A DNA stretch of 64,000 nt from Deferribacterales bacterium (lineage in GTDB: Bacteria; Chrysiogenota; Deferribacteres; Deferribacterales; Geovibrionaceae). The translations under genes were made by a program, and so were the position numbers. Below the pieces are notes generated by a model. It was not told the DNA's origin. It searched no databases and saw only the letters and a list, made by a program, of their open reading frames with translations. Location of the stretch: assembly GCA_050251945.1 (NCBI GenBank), contig JBFWLW010000004.1, forward strand, positions 64,001 through 128,000, written 5' to 3'. Shown here piece by piece: positions 56,193 to 64,000 of the stretch. Numbering within the stretch: position 1 is the first letter of the stretch; the number at the start of each line of letters is the position of its first letter.

Positions 56193-57995
56193 ATGAGTCT
56201 GCAAGCAATGACATACCTTGTTGTCGGTCTGACGTTCGCGCTTTATCTTGGAATTGCGTTCTGGTCGCGTGCCGGCAGCACTAAAGAATTCTACGTCGCA
56301 GGCGGCGGCGTTCACCCTGTTATAAACGGTATGGCTACAGGCGCCGACTGGATGTCTGCGGCTTCTTTCATATCCATGGCGGGGATGATAGGTTATATGG
56401 GATACGGCGGAGCGCTGTTCCTTATGGGCTGGACAGGCGGCTACGTTCTTCTGGCGATGCTCCTTGCCCCGTATCTCAGGAAATTCGGAAAGTACACTGT
56501 GCCGGATTTCTTCAAATCACGCTATTATTCAAACACAGCCACAGTTGTTGCCGTTATTTGTCTTTTGGTTGCCTCAACCACATATATTATCGGTCAGATG
56601 ACCGGTGTCGGTGTCGCGTTTTCCCGTTTCCTTGGCGTTTCCAGTCAAATGGGCGTTATAATCGGTATGGCGATAGTGTTTGTTTATGCGGTTTTCGGCG
56701 GTATGAAAGGCATCACGTATACGCAGGTTGCACAGTATTGCGTTCTTATCCTTGCGTATACCATCCCCGCGATATTCATTTCGCTCCAGCTTACGGGTAA
56801 CCCCATTCCCCAGCTTGGTCTCGGCGGTCATTATGTCGGTTCCGATATGGCGCTTCTCACGAAGCTTGACCACATAGTGAACGACCTCGGATTCGGCAAG
56901 TACACCACTGCCGTCCCCGGAAGCAAGCTGAACATGTTCGTTTACACTGTTTCTCTTATGATAGGTACGGCGGGTCTTCCCCACGTTATCATTCGTTTCT
57001 TCACCGTACCGAAGGTTAAGGATGCCCGTTCATCCGCAGGCTGGGCGCTGGTGTTCATAGCCATTCTTTACACAACGGCTCCCTCCGTTGCGGCTATGGC
57101 CCGCCTCAATCTCCATGCCACAATCAACACAGAGGTTAAATCAGGCGGCGATATCTTCGCTCCCGAAGCGAGCATCAGCTATGACACACGTCCCGAGTGG
57201 ATGAAGCGCTGGGAAGTGACAGGACTTCTGAAGTTTGAGGACAAAAACGGTGACGGACGTATCCAGTATTACAACGACACGTCCAAAAACCCTGAATTCC
57301 TTGCGAAGGCTGAAGCGGCAGGCTGGAAAGGCAGCGAGCTTACAGTTAACAACGATATTATGGTTCTTGCCAACCCTGAGATCGCAAAACTCCCCAACTG
57401 GGTAATCGCTCTGGTTGCGGCAGGCGGTCTTGCTGCGGCTCTTTCAACGGCTGCTGGTCTGCTTCTTGCCATTGCATCGGCAATATCGCATGACCTTCTT
57501 AAAAACATGCTGATGAAAGACCTCTCGGATAAGGGTGAACTTATGGCGGGACGTATCGCTATGGCATGTGCAATAGTTGTTGCAGGCTATCTCGGGATGT
57601 ACCCTCCCGACTTTGCGGCGGGAACCGTGGCGATTGCCTTCGGTTTGGCGGCATCGTCAATATTCCCAGCTCTTATGATGGGTATTTTCAGCAAAACCAT
57701 GAACAAACAGGGAGCTGTAGCGGGTATGATAGCCGGTCTGGGATTCACAATGATATATGTGTTTGCCCACACAGGTATATTCTATATTCATGGAACTGAA
57801 TACTGGCAGATATTCGGCAAGAAGGATTTCTTCTTCGGCATATCTCCAAACGCTATCGGAGCCATTGGCGCAGTGGTCAACTTTATAGTGGCATTTGCCG
57901 TTAAAAATATGACGGCGCCTGTGCCGGATCACATAGCGGCTATGGTTGAAAGCGTTCGTATCCCCAAAGGGGCGGGCGGCGCAGTAGACCATTAA
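56193..57995 (+). CDS. actP: Cation/acetate symporter (SSS family)
   Basis: DWMSAASF, GTAGLPHVIIRFFT, LAAALSTAAGLL. Confidence 0.85.
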   Translation: MSLQAMTYLVVGLTFALYLGIAFWSRAGSTKEFYVAGGGVHPVINGMATGADWMSAASFISMAGMIGYMGYGGALFLMGWTGGYVLLAMLLAPYLRKFGKYTVPDFFKSRYYSNTATVVAVICLLVASTTYIIGQMTGVGVAFSRFLGVSSQMGVIIGMAIVFVYAVFGGMKGITYTQVAQYCVLILAYTIPAIFISLQLTGNPIPQLGLGGHYVGSDMALLTKLDHIVNDLGFGKYTTAVPGSKLNMFVYTVSLMIGTAGLPHVIIRFFTVPKVKDARSSAGWALVFIAILYTTAPSVAAMARLNLHATINTEVKSGGDIFAPEASISYDTRPEWMKRWEVTGLLKFEDKNGDGRIQYYNDTSKNPEFLAKAEAAGWKGSELTVNNDIMVLANPEIAKLPNWVIALVAAGGLAAALSTAAGLLLAIASAISHDLLKNMLMKDLSDKGELMAGRIAMACAIVVAGYLGMYPPDFAAGTVAIAFGLAASSIFPALMMGIFSKTMNKQGAVAGMIAGLGFTMIYVFAHTGIFYIHGTEYWQIFGKKDFFFGISPNAIGAIGAVVNFIVAFAVKNMTAPVPDHIAAMVESVRIPKGAGGAVDH

Positions 57996-58056
57996 CAATA
58001 ATATCCCCGCCGGAGTGTTTTCGGCGGGGAACCTTTAAAGTATTAAGGAGTTGCAG

Positions 58057-58434
58057 ATGGTTTTGGATGTCAGTGTGGTTTTAACATGGATACTTTTTCT
58101 AGCGCTTTTTCCCGTTTGTTTCTTCTGGACACGCAGGGCTTACCGTATTTTTATCAGGAAAGATTATTCCGAAGTGGCTCTTAAACGCGGCGAACTTCCG
58201 AAAAACCCTAAGAAATGGGCGCCGTTCACTGGTTTTATAAACCTTGCCGGAGGGCTTGCCGCCGCATGGACGATAGTTGGTGTTCTCTTTCTGGGCTATC
58301 CTTATGAAACATGGTCGGCTCTTGCCGGAAGCACCATCTGGTCGAAAATATTTGCCGATTTCATACTTAGGCAGCAGGCGCATCCATTTGTTTTCGGCAG
58401 GAAAAAGAAAGAGGCTGCGGCTGAATTACAGTGA
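58057..58434 (+). CDS. Hypothetical membrane protein
   Basis: About 3 hydrophobic segments. Confidence 0.65.
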   Translation: MVLDVSVVLTWILFLALFPVCFFWTRRAYRIFIRKDYSEVALKRGELPKNPKKWAPFTGFINLAGGLAAAWTIVGVLFLGYPYETWSALAGSTIWSKIFADFILRQQAHPFVFGRKKKEAAAELQ

Positions 58435-58560
58435 CCATTCCTCAACTCCCTAGATAAATCTGCACAAAAAAAGTCCTCGAAAGGGGACTTTTTTTGTTAA
58501 ACTTAAACAATACCTTTAGGCACATCCTTGTGCCTCCATACAGGATCGGCGGGGTGACAG

Positions 58561-60477
58561 ATGTCGGAAGTTAAAAATTTAAACAAATACTCACCTTTTG
58601 ATAAGATTCCGGAAGATGCCGCCATGGGCATTGTGAACGCATCAAAGGTTGTTCAGTTTCCCATGGGCACTATTATTTTTACGCAGACTGATAAGCCGTC
58701 GGGCTATTTGTATTTCATTGGCAGCGGAAAGATAGATATCATAGTGGAAACGCCGGAAGGCGTGGAGATGATAGTCGATACGCGGTCGCAGGGCGGTTAT
58801 TTCGGATGGACACCTGTATTTACAAACGACGGATACACAGCGGGAGCGCGTGCGGCGGAGGATTCCGTGTGTCTGCTCATCCCGCAGGAGCTGGTGCTTG
58901 AGAATGCGAGAAAGTATCCGGACATTTCCAATTACTTTAACAAAGCCATCTTTTCGCAGGTACGCAAGCTTTACAGGGAGATGGTTGAGCGCAATTCAAT
59001 GGATCCCGCGGCGCAGATGGAGGCATATCCGTTTCAGAAGCGTCTGAACGAAATAATGTCCAGACCCGTTATGACCTGTATGGTTGACGATAGTGTGCAG
59101 AGGGTGGCAGTTAAGATGACGGAAGAGGGTATCGCGGCGCTTGTGGTTACGAACAGGGAAGGGCGCATGGAAGGCATAATTACAGAGCGCGACCTTGTAC
59201 GCAAAGTGCTGGCACGGGATGTGCAGAACCATTCCGCGTTGCCTGTTTCCGATGTGATGACGCGTAATCCGTATTTCATGACTCCTGAAACGTATATGTA
59301 CGAAGCGGCTACATTCATGTTCCGACACGGCATAAGGCATCTGCCGGTGCTGGCAGGCGACGTGATAGCGGGAATAGTTTCAATTCAGGATCTCATGCGG
59401 TTCCGCAGTCAGAAATCCATGTTGCTCGTGGGCGGCGCAAACGAGGCGGAGACCGTGGCGGAGCTGGCGGAAGTTTATAAGGCTATTGTTAAAGTTGCGC
59501 GGGTGCTTCTGGTTGAGAACCGTTCCCACGTTGAAACTATGGAAATACTCTCTTATGTCCATCACAGTGTGATACGCCGCTGTTTCGAGATAGTTAAGCG
59601 TTCCATGCTCGACGACGGCTACGTTATGCCGGATATCCGCTGGTGTTTCCTTATCATGGGCAGCGGCGGGCGGAAAGAGATGCTTTTGGGACCTGATCAG
59701 GATAACGGGTTTCTGTACGATGATTACCCGGAAGAACTGAACGGGGCTGTGGAGGCGTTTTTTGTTCCGTTCTCGGAGAGGCTGGTGACGGCGCTTGCAG
59801 AGGTCGGGTATCATCTCTGTAATGGTAAGGTGATGGTCAACAATCCTGCATGGCGCGGCAGACTGCGCGAATGGCGGGACAGGGTGGCGCGCTGGATTCA
59901 GGTGCCGGAACCCCAAAGGGTGCGGTATTCGTCCATATTCTTCGATTTTATGCCCATTGCGGGCGACAGTTCGCTCTGTTTTGACCTGCGCGAGACAGTG
60001 AGCAAGCTTATCAAAGCAAATCCGCTGTTTCTGTATCAGATGATGGAACTTGACTATAAACATAAGGTGCCGCTGGGTCTGCTGGACAGATTCATTACCC
60101 ATAAGACAGGTGAGCATAAAGGGCTTCTGTCGCTGAAAGAGAACGGAAGCATTTTTATCGTGGACTGTGTGCGTATGTATATGCTGGAACAGGGAATTCA
60201 TGGTGTAAGCACCTTAGACAGGCTGGACAGGCTGGAAGAACTCGGGAAATTCAACAAGGCGACCGCCGATCATGTTAAGGCGGCGTTTGAATCGTTCACA
60301 TATCTGCGTCTGCAAAACGAGATAAAGTGCATAGACCACGGACTTGCACCCAGTCATTTTCTCGACCCTGACAGTTTGACAGAGCAGGAGGCGGAGCTTC
60401 TGAAAGAAGCGTTCAAAGCAGCCGGAAAGTTACAGGATTCCACCAGACGCTATTTTTCAAAGATAATAGGAAGGTAA
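58561..60477 (+). CDS. cNMP-CBS-DUF294 nucleotidyltransferase-like protein
   Basis: cNMP domain, CBS pair, MGSGGRKE..DQDNG. Confidence 0.9.
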   Translation: MSEVKNLNKYSPFDKIPEDAAMGIVNASKVVQFPMGTIIFTQTDKPSGYLYFIGSGKIDIIVETPEGVEMIVDTRSQGGYFGWTPVFTNDGYTAGARAAEDSVCLLIPQELVLENARKYPDISNYFNKAIFSQVRKLYREMVERNSMDPAAQMEAYPFQKRLNEIMSRPVMTCMVDDSVQRVAVKMTEEGIAALVVTNREGRMEGIITERDLVRKVLARDVQNHSALPVSDVMTRNPYFMTPETYMYEAATFMFRHGIRHLPVLAGDVIAGIVSIQDLMRFRSQKSMLLVGGANEAETVAELAEVYKAIVKVARVLLVENRSHVETMEILSYVHHSVIRRCFEIVKRSMLDDGYVMPDIRWCFLIMGSGGRKEMLLGPDQDNGFLYDDYPEELNGAVEAFFVPFSERLVTALAEVGYHLCNGKVMVNNPAWRGRLREWRDRVARWIQVPEPQRVRYSSIFFDFMPIAGDSSLCFDLRETVSKLIKANPLFLYQMMELDYKHKVPLGLLDRFITHKTGEHKGLLSLKENGSIFIVDCVRMYMLEQGIHGVSTLDRLDRLEELGKFNKATADHVKAAFESFTYLRLQNEIKCIDHGLAPSHFLDPDSLTEQEAELLKEAFKAAGKLQDSTRRYFSKIIGR

Positions 60478-60504
60478 TAAAGAAGCCTCTGTTGCCGGAG
60501 GCTT

Positions 60505-60658
60505 TAGTGTTGCTGACAGTCATAATTTCCATTTTTCTCCCTCCTTTAGCAAAAGGAGGGCTGGGGTGGATTTGACTGATGTTTAATCAAAATCCCCCTT
60601 AATCCCCCTTTTCTAAAGGGGGAGATAGAAACGTAAAATCCAGTTTGTCATCAGTCTG
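60505..60658. mobile_element. Degenerate MITE-like element carrying a palindrome pair
   Basis: Right end TTTGTCATCAGTCTG (14/15 match to the 51279 end); flanked by two AAGCCTC..GAGGCTT hairpins. Confidence 0.55.
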
Positions 60659-60685
60659 AAGCCTCCTTTGTCAGAGGCTTTTTAT

Positions 60686-62548
60686 CTATACATTAAACTC
60701 TTTTATCAGGGCGCTGAGGTCTTCCGCCTGCTTTTGAAGGTCGTTTACCGTGTTTGTTATCTCGGAGACAGCGGTTGTGCTTTCGTCTATGCCCGATGCC
60801 AGCACCTGAAAACTGTCGTTAATGTTCTGTATAGCAGAAACCTGCTCTTTGACAGCCACTTCGATGCTGTTGTTGGTTTTGTTCAGTTCGTTTATCGTTT
60901 CGGTTATTTCCGAGAATGACACGCCTGTTTCCTTTGCCGCTTTGAAGACGTTTTCGACCGTCTGAGAAGCCTGTTCCATGTCGGCTGATGCGTATTTTGT
61001 ATCGTTCACCAATGTGTTGATAATTGAGCTTATGCCCTGTATCGCCTGTTGAGTTTTTTCCGCGAGTTTTCTCACTTCGTCTGCAACAACGGCGAACCCG
61101 CGACCGGCTTCGCCCGCTCTGGCTGCCTCAATGGCGGCGTTCAGCGCAAGGAGGTTTGTCTGGTCTGCGATATCGTTGATAACAACGAGTATGTTTCCTA
61201 TCTCTTCAGAGGAGTTGGAAAGCCCTGTTATTGTCTGTGCCAGTTTTTTAGTGTCATGTTCTATCTTATTAATATTTTCCAGCAGGATGTTCAGTTTTTC
61301 TTTTCCGTTGCTGGCGGAGTTGAGGGTTTTTGTGTTTATGCCAGATGAAAGTTCAATGTTGGATATGACATGCTCGGATGATGACGACATCTCCTCCATG
61401 GCTCCTGCGGCGGCTGTCATCTGTTCCGACTGGGAAACGAAGGTTGATGAAAGCTCTTCAGCCGCAGCGGAAAGCTGTGTGTTTCCGGATGTGACGCTGT
61501 GGGAGCTTTCGGTTACGGTTATTATGATGTCGTAAACCTTCTTTTTAAAGCTTTCGAGCAGTTGGGTGATGGTTGTGATCTCGCAGTTGCTCTGTTTTGC
61601 ACTGTCTGTCTTAAGATTTGCAAATATCAGCAGTTCTTTTGTCGTTGAGGTGAGCTTATTTATCAGCGAAATGATATTCATCAGGAGTCCTGATAAAATC
61701 AGGGTGAGCAAAGCCGCGACAGCAACGACTACGGTCAGATTCAGTATCCTGTTCGCCTTTTGTTTCGCGGTTATCTCCGCCGAAAAATCGTTTATGATCT
61801 GGTCTATAGTGATTTCAAGGTCGTGTGCCGCTGCGCGCATTTTGCCCTGAACCCCGTCTGACGACTGGAGACCGAACTCTGTTTCCTGCTGAACGAGCTT
61901 TGTGAAATCTTCTTTATAACTGTCTGACAGGCTCAGCATCTCTGATCTTGTGGTCGGGTCGGAAACGTTGGATTTCACAGAGTTTATGAGAATCTGGAAG
62001 TCTTTGTTAAACGTGTCCAGATATTTCCCTTTGCGGCGGAGCATGAAGTCTTTTTCGTGCCGCCTGAGCATGAGCATGTTCTTTGTTACCTCTGTGAGTC
62101 CCAGTTTGTTTGAAAAATCTTCAACTTTGTGTACTCTTTCGCGCAGGCTTCCGTAATATCCCTGTTCTTCATTGAGACCTATTTTCTTTTTCAAATCGAC
62201 CATTGCTGTGAAATCTGTTTTGTAGTCTGTCAGGTGGGTGTTTATGTCAGACAAAGAGGTGTTTTCGGGGTTCTTTGCCATCAGTTCTTCAAGTTTATCT
62301 TTAAGTACCTGTGAGTGGGTGTCAAATTCGGCGGCATATTGCAGGTCGTTGCGCATCATAAAATCTTTTTCACTCTTTCTCAGAGAAAGCATCTCTGTCT
62401 TTATTTCAAGCGCAGCTTCTTTGTCTTTAAAAAGAGCTGTCAGTTTGTTTGAGCTTGCGATGGTGCTGATAATGATAAGTATCAGACCTGAAAAAACAGT
62501 TAAACCTAATAAAATTATCTTTTTCTTCAGAGACATATTGATTGTCAT
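60686..62548 (-). CDS. Methyl-accepting chemotaxis protein
   Basis: [38 protein letters not shown]. Confidence 0.95.
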   Translation of the reverse strand: MTINMSLKKKIILLGLTVFSGLILIIISTIASSNKLTALFKDKEAALEIKTEMLSLRKSEKDFMMRNDLQYAAEFDTHSQVLKDKLEELMAKNPENTSLSDINTHLTDYKTDFTAMVDLKKKIGLNEEQGYYGSLRERVHKVEDFSNKLGLTEVTKNMLMLRRHEKDFMLRRKGKYLDTFNKDFQILINSVKSNVSDPTTRSEMLSLSDSYKEDFTKLVQQETEFGLQSSDGVQGKMRAAAHDLEITIDQIINDFSAEITAKQKANRILNLTVVVAVAALLTLILSGLLMNIISLINKLTSTTKELLIFANLKTDSAKQSNCEITTITQLLESFKKKVYDIIITVTESSHSVTSGNTQLSAAAEELSSTFVSQSEQMTAAAGAMEEMSSSSEHVISNIELSSGINTKTLNSASNGKEKLNILLENINKIEHDTKKLAQTITGLSNSSEEIGNILVVINDIADQTNLLALNAAIEAARAGEAGRGFAVVADEVRKLAEKTQQAIQGISSIINTLVNDTKYASADMEQASQTVENVFKAAKETGVSFSEITETINELNKTNNSIEVAVKEQVSAIQNINDSFQVLASGIDESTTAVSEITNTVNDLQKQAEDLSALIKEFNV

Positions 62549-62733
62549 TGCATTTCTCCTTGTGTCTGTATGCCGTTGAATATCAATTTATAATAATGTG
62601 TATAATTTATGATATTGCAAATATTTTAAAAAGAAAGGGTGATATGAAAGAAAATAAACAGAAATTTGTAAACTGAACCATTATGATATTTAAACAGGAA
62701 AGCCTGCGAATCGGTTCCGCAGGCTTATGGCAG

Positions 62734-63486
62734 TTATCTCAATGTAAAACTGACGGATAAAACTATTGTGATGTCTTCCGTTGGCGCCGGAAGGGGAGCC
62801 GCGTCCAGCACCGCATCTTTTGCGGCATCGTCCAGAATTGAATAGCCGCTCGATTTGTTAACTGAAATTCTTTCAACAGATCCGTTTTTCAATATTCTGA
62901 ACCGAAGATCCGTGACCCCTTTGAGTCCCATCATTTTTGCCTGTCTCGGATAGACCAGTTTGCCGTATATGCTTTTTCTCAGCGAGTCCAGATTTATTCT
63001 CATATAGTTTGAGGCGGCACCCGCACCGCTGTTTTTCGCAGGAGCCTGTTCCTGCGCGCTGTCTTCCGTCGGTTTGCCCACGTATCCGGTGCCTGAAAAC
63101 TGCTCAGGTTTACTGCTTTGCGGCGCTGTCACCGGCACATACTCTTTCATTCCGGTATCACTTACAAGTTTCGGTTCGGACATTTCCACCGGAGCCTGAA
63201 CCTTTTGAGGTACAACAGGCGGGGCGACCACCTTTTCAATTTTTTTCTGCTGAGGCAGAGGTTTTGATTTTGGTTTTGGCGGCATCGGCTCTTTTTTCGG
63301 TAAAACGATCTTTTTTGGTTCTTCCGCAACGGGTTTGCTTTCAGGCTTTTCAATTGTGAATGCCGAAATATCAACGGTTCTGGTGTTATCTTTTGGATGT
63401 TCCAGACTGTTAACACCCAAAATGAAAGCGCCTAAAACCAGTAAGTGAATAGTCAGAGAAACAAAAAAACCTTTCAGATAATTCAT
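62734..63486 (-). CDS. tonB: TonB energy transducer
   Basis: N-terminal TM with SxxxH, Pro/Lys-rich linker, YPRQA..SSGYSILD. Confidence 0.88.
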   Translation of the reverse strand: MNYLKGFFVSLTIHLLVLGAFILGVNSLEHPKDNTRTVDISAFTIEKPESKPVAEEPKKIVLPKKEPMPPKPKSKPLPQQKKIEKVVAPPVVPQKVQAPVEMSEPKLVSDTGMKEYVPVTAPQSSKPEQFSGTGYVGKPTEDSAQEQAPAKNSGAGAASNYMRINLDSLRKSIYGKLVYPRQAKMMGLKGVTDLRFRILKNGSVERISVNKSSGYSILDDAAKDAVLDAAPLPAPTEDITIVLSVSFTLR

Positions 63487-63858
63487 TTATCTTTCCGTTT
63501 GAATACTGACCTTTGAGAATCCACCGTTTTTGAGTACCTCAACGGCGGAAACAAAGGGCTGCACGGTTGCGTCCTTGTCTGCACTTATGAGGATTGGGGT
63601 GTTTTTGTCCTTACCCTCAAGTGCGGCGGGCAGGTTTTCGAGACTGACCATTTTTCCCTCAAGGTAGATGGTTCCGTCCGCTGTCATGTCCAGCGTCATG
63701 GTTTCCGCCGCGGAAGGATTTTCAGCATCCGCGCTGGGCAGATTGACAGGGATTACCCCTCTCACCAGAAAGTTCGCCGTAACCAGAACTATAGTGATGA
63801 GAACCAGCATTATGTCAACCAGCGGTATGACATTGATCTCAACAAAACTATCCTTCAT
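63487..63858 (-). CDS. exbD: ExbD
   Basis: INVIPLVDIMLVL. Confidence 0.92.
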   Translation of the reverse strand: MKDSFVEINVIPLVDIMLVLITIVLVTANFLVRGVIPVNLPSADAENPSAAETMTLDMTADGTIYLEGKMVSLENLPAALEGKDKNTPILISADKDATVQPFVSAVEVLKNGGFSKVSIQTER

Positions 63859-64000
63859 TGCTTATATCCCATCTTGTGAGCATTTTTTTTGTGGTTCCTG
63901 AGAGCGTGTTGTAAAGCACAACCGCAATTATCGCCACGACAAGCCCAACCGCAGTAGCTTTAAGCGCCAGCGAAAGGTTTACCATTATTTTTCCGGTGTC
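63848..64000 (-). CDS. exbB: ExbB (3' end only)
   Basis: Manual translation DTGKIMVNLSLALKATAVGLVVAI..YN. Confidence 0.85.
   Translation of the reverse strand, partial: DTGKIMVNLSLALKATAVGLVVAIIAVVLYNTLSGTTKKMLTRWDISNEG

Noticed and set aside
55928..60477. actP-DUF294 cluster as a novel system
   Set aside because: Well-known conserved acetate uptake neighbourhood

Overview
Bacterial chromosome segment; gene content suggests an anaerobic metal/oxyanion respirer, possibly Deferribacterota (inference). An apparently complete ~43.7 kb temperate siphovirus-like prophage (7448-51135) is integrated in the 3' end of a tRNA-Pro(TGG) gene, with a 27-bp att core at both ends. Host genes on the left: recC (partial), a PAS-GGDEF protein, a DMT transporter and a DASS transporter. 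Host genes on the right: AraC regulator, OmcA/MtrC-like decaheme lipoprotein, yjcH-actP-like acetate uptake genes, DUF294 CBS protein, MCP, tonB-exbD-exbB. The best candidate new system is a cassette at 25355-26434, just upstream of the terminase. It has a strong promoter with a palindromic operator, two small orphan proteins (one very acidic) and an Aca-like HTH gene. Embedded antisense is a solitary type I-C-like CRISPR repeat with its own predicted promoter and terminator, which suggests a combined protein + RNA anti-CRISPR locus. Other notable items: a RHIM-like N-rich motif shared by the repressor and its neighbour, a phage tRNA-Pro with an abutting tRNA-like ncRNA, a c4-like antisense immunity region, an in-frame i-spanin/o-spanin fusion, a -1 frameshift tail chaperone, two frameshifted early genes, and host palindromic repeats/MITEs flanked by long duplications. 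All family assignments come from motif recognition by eye, not database searches.
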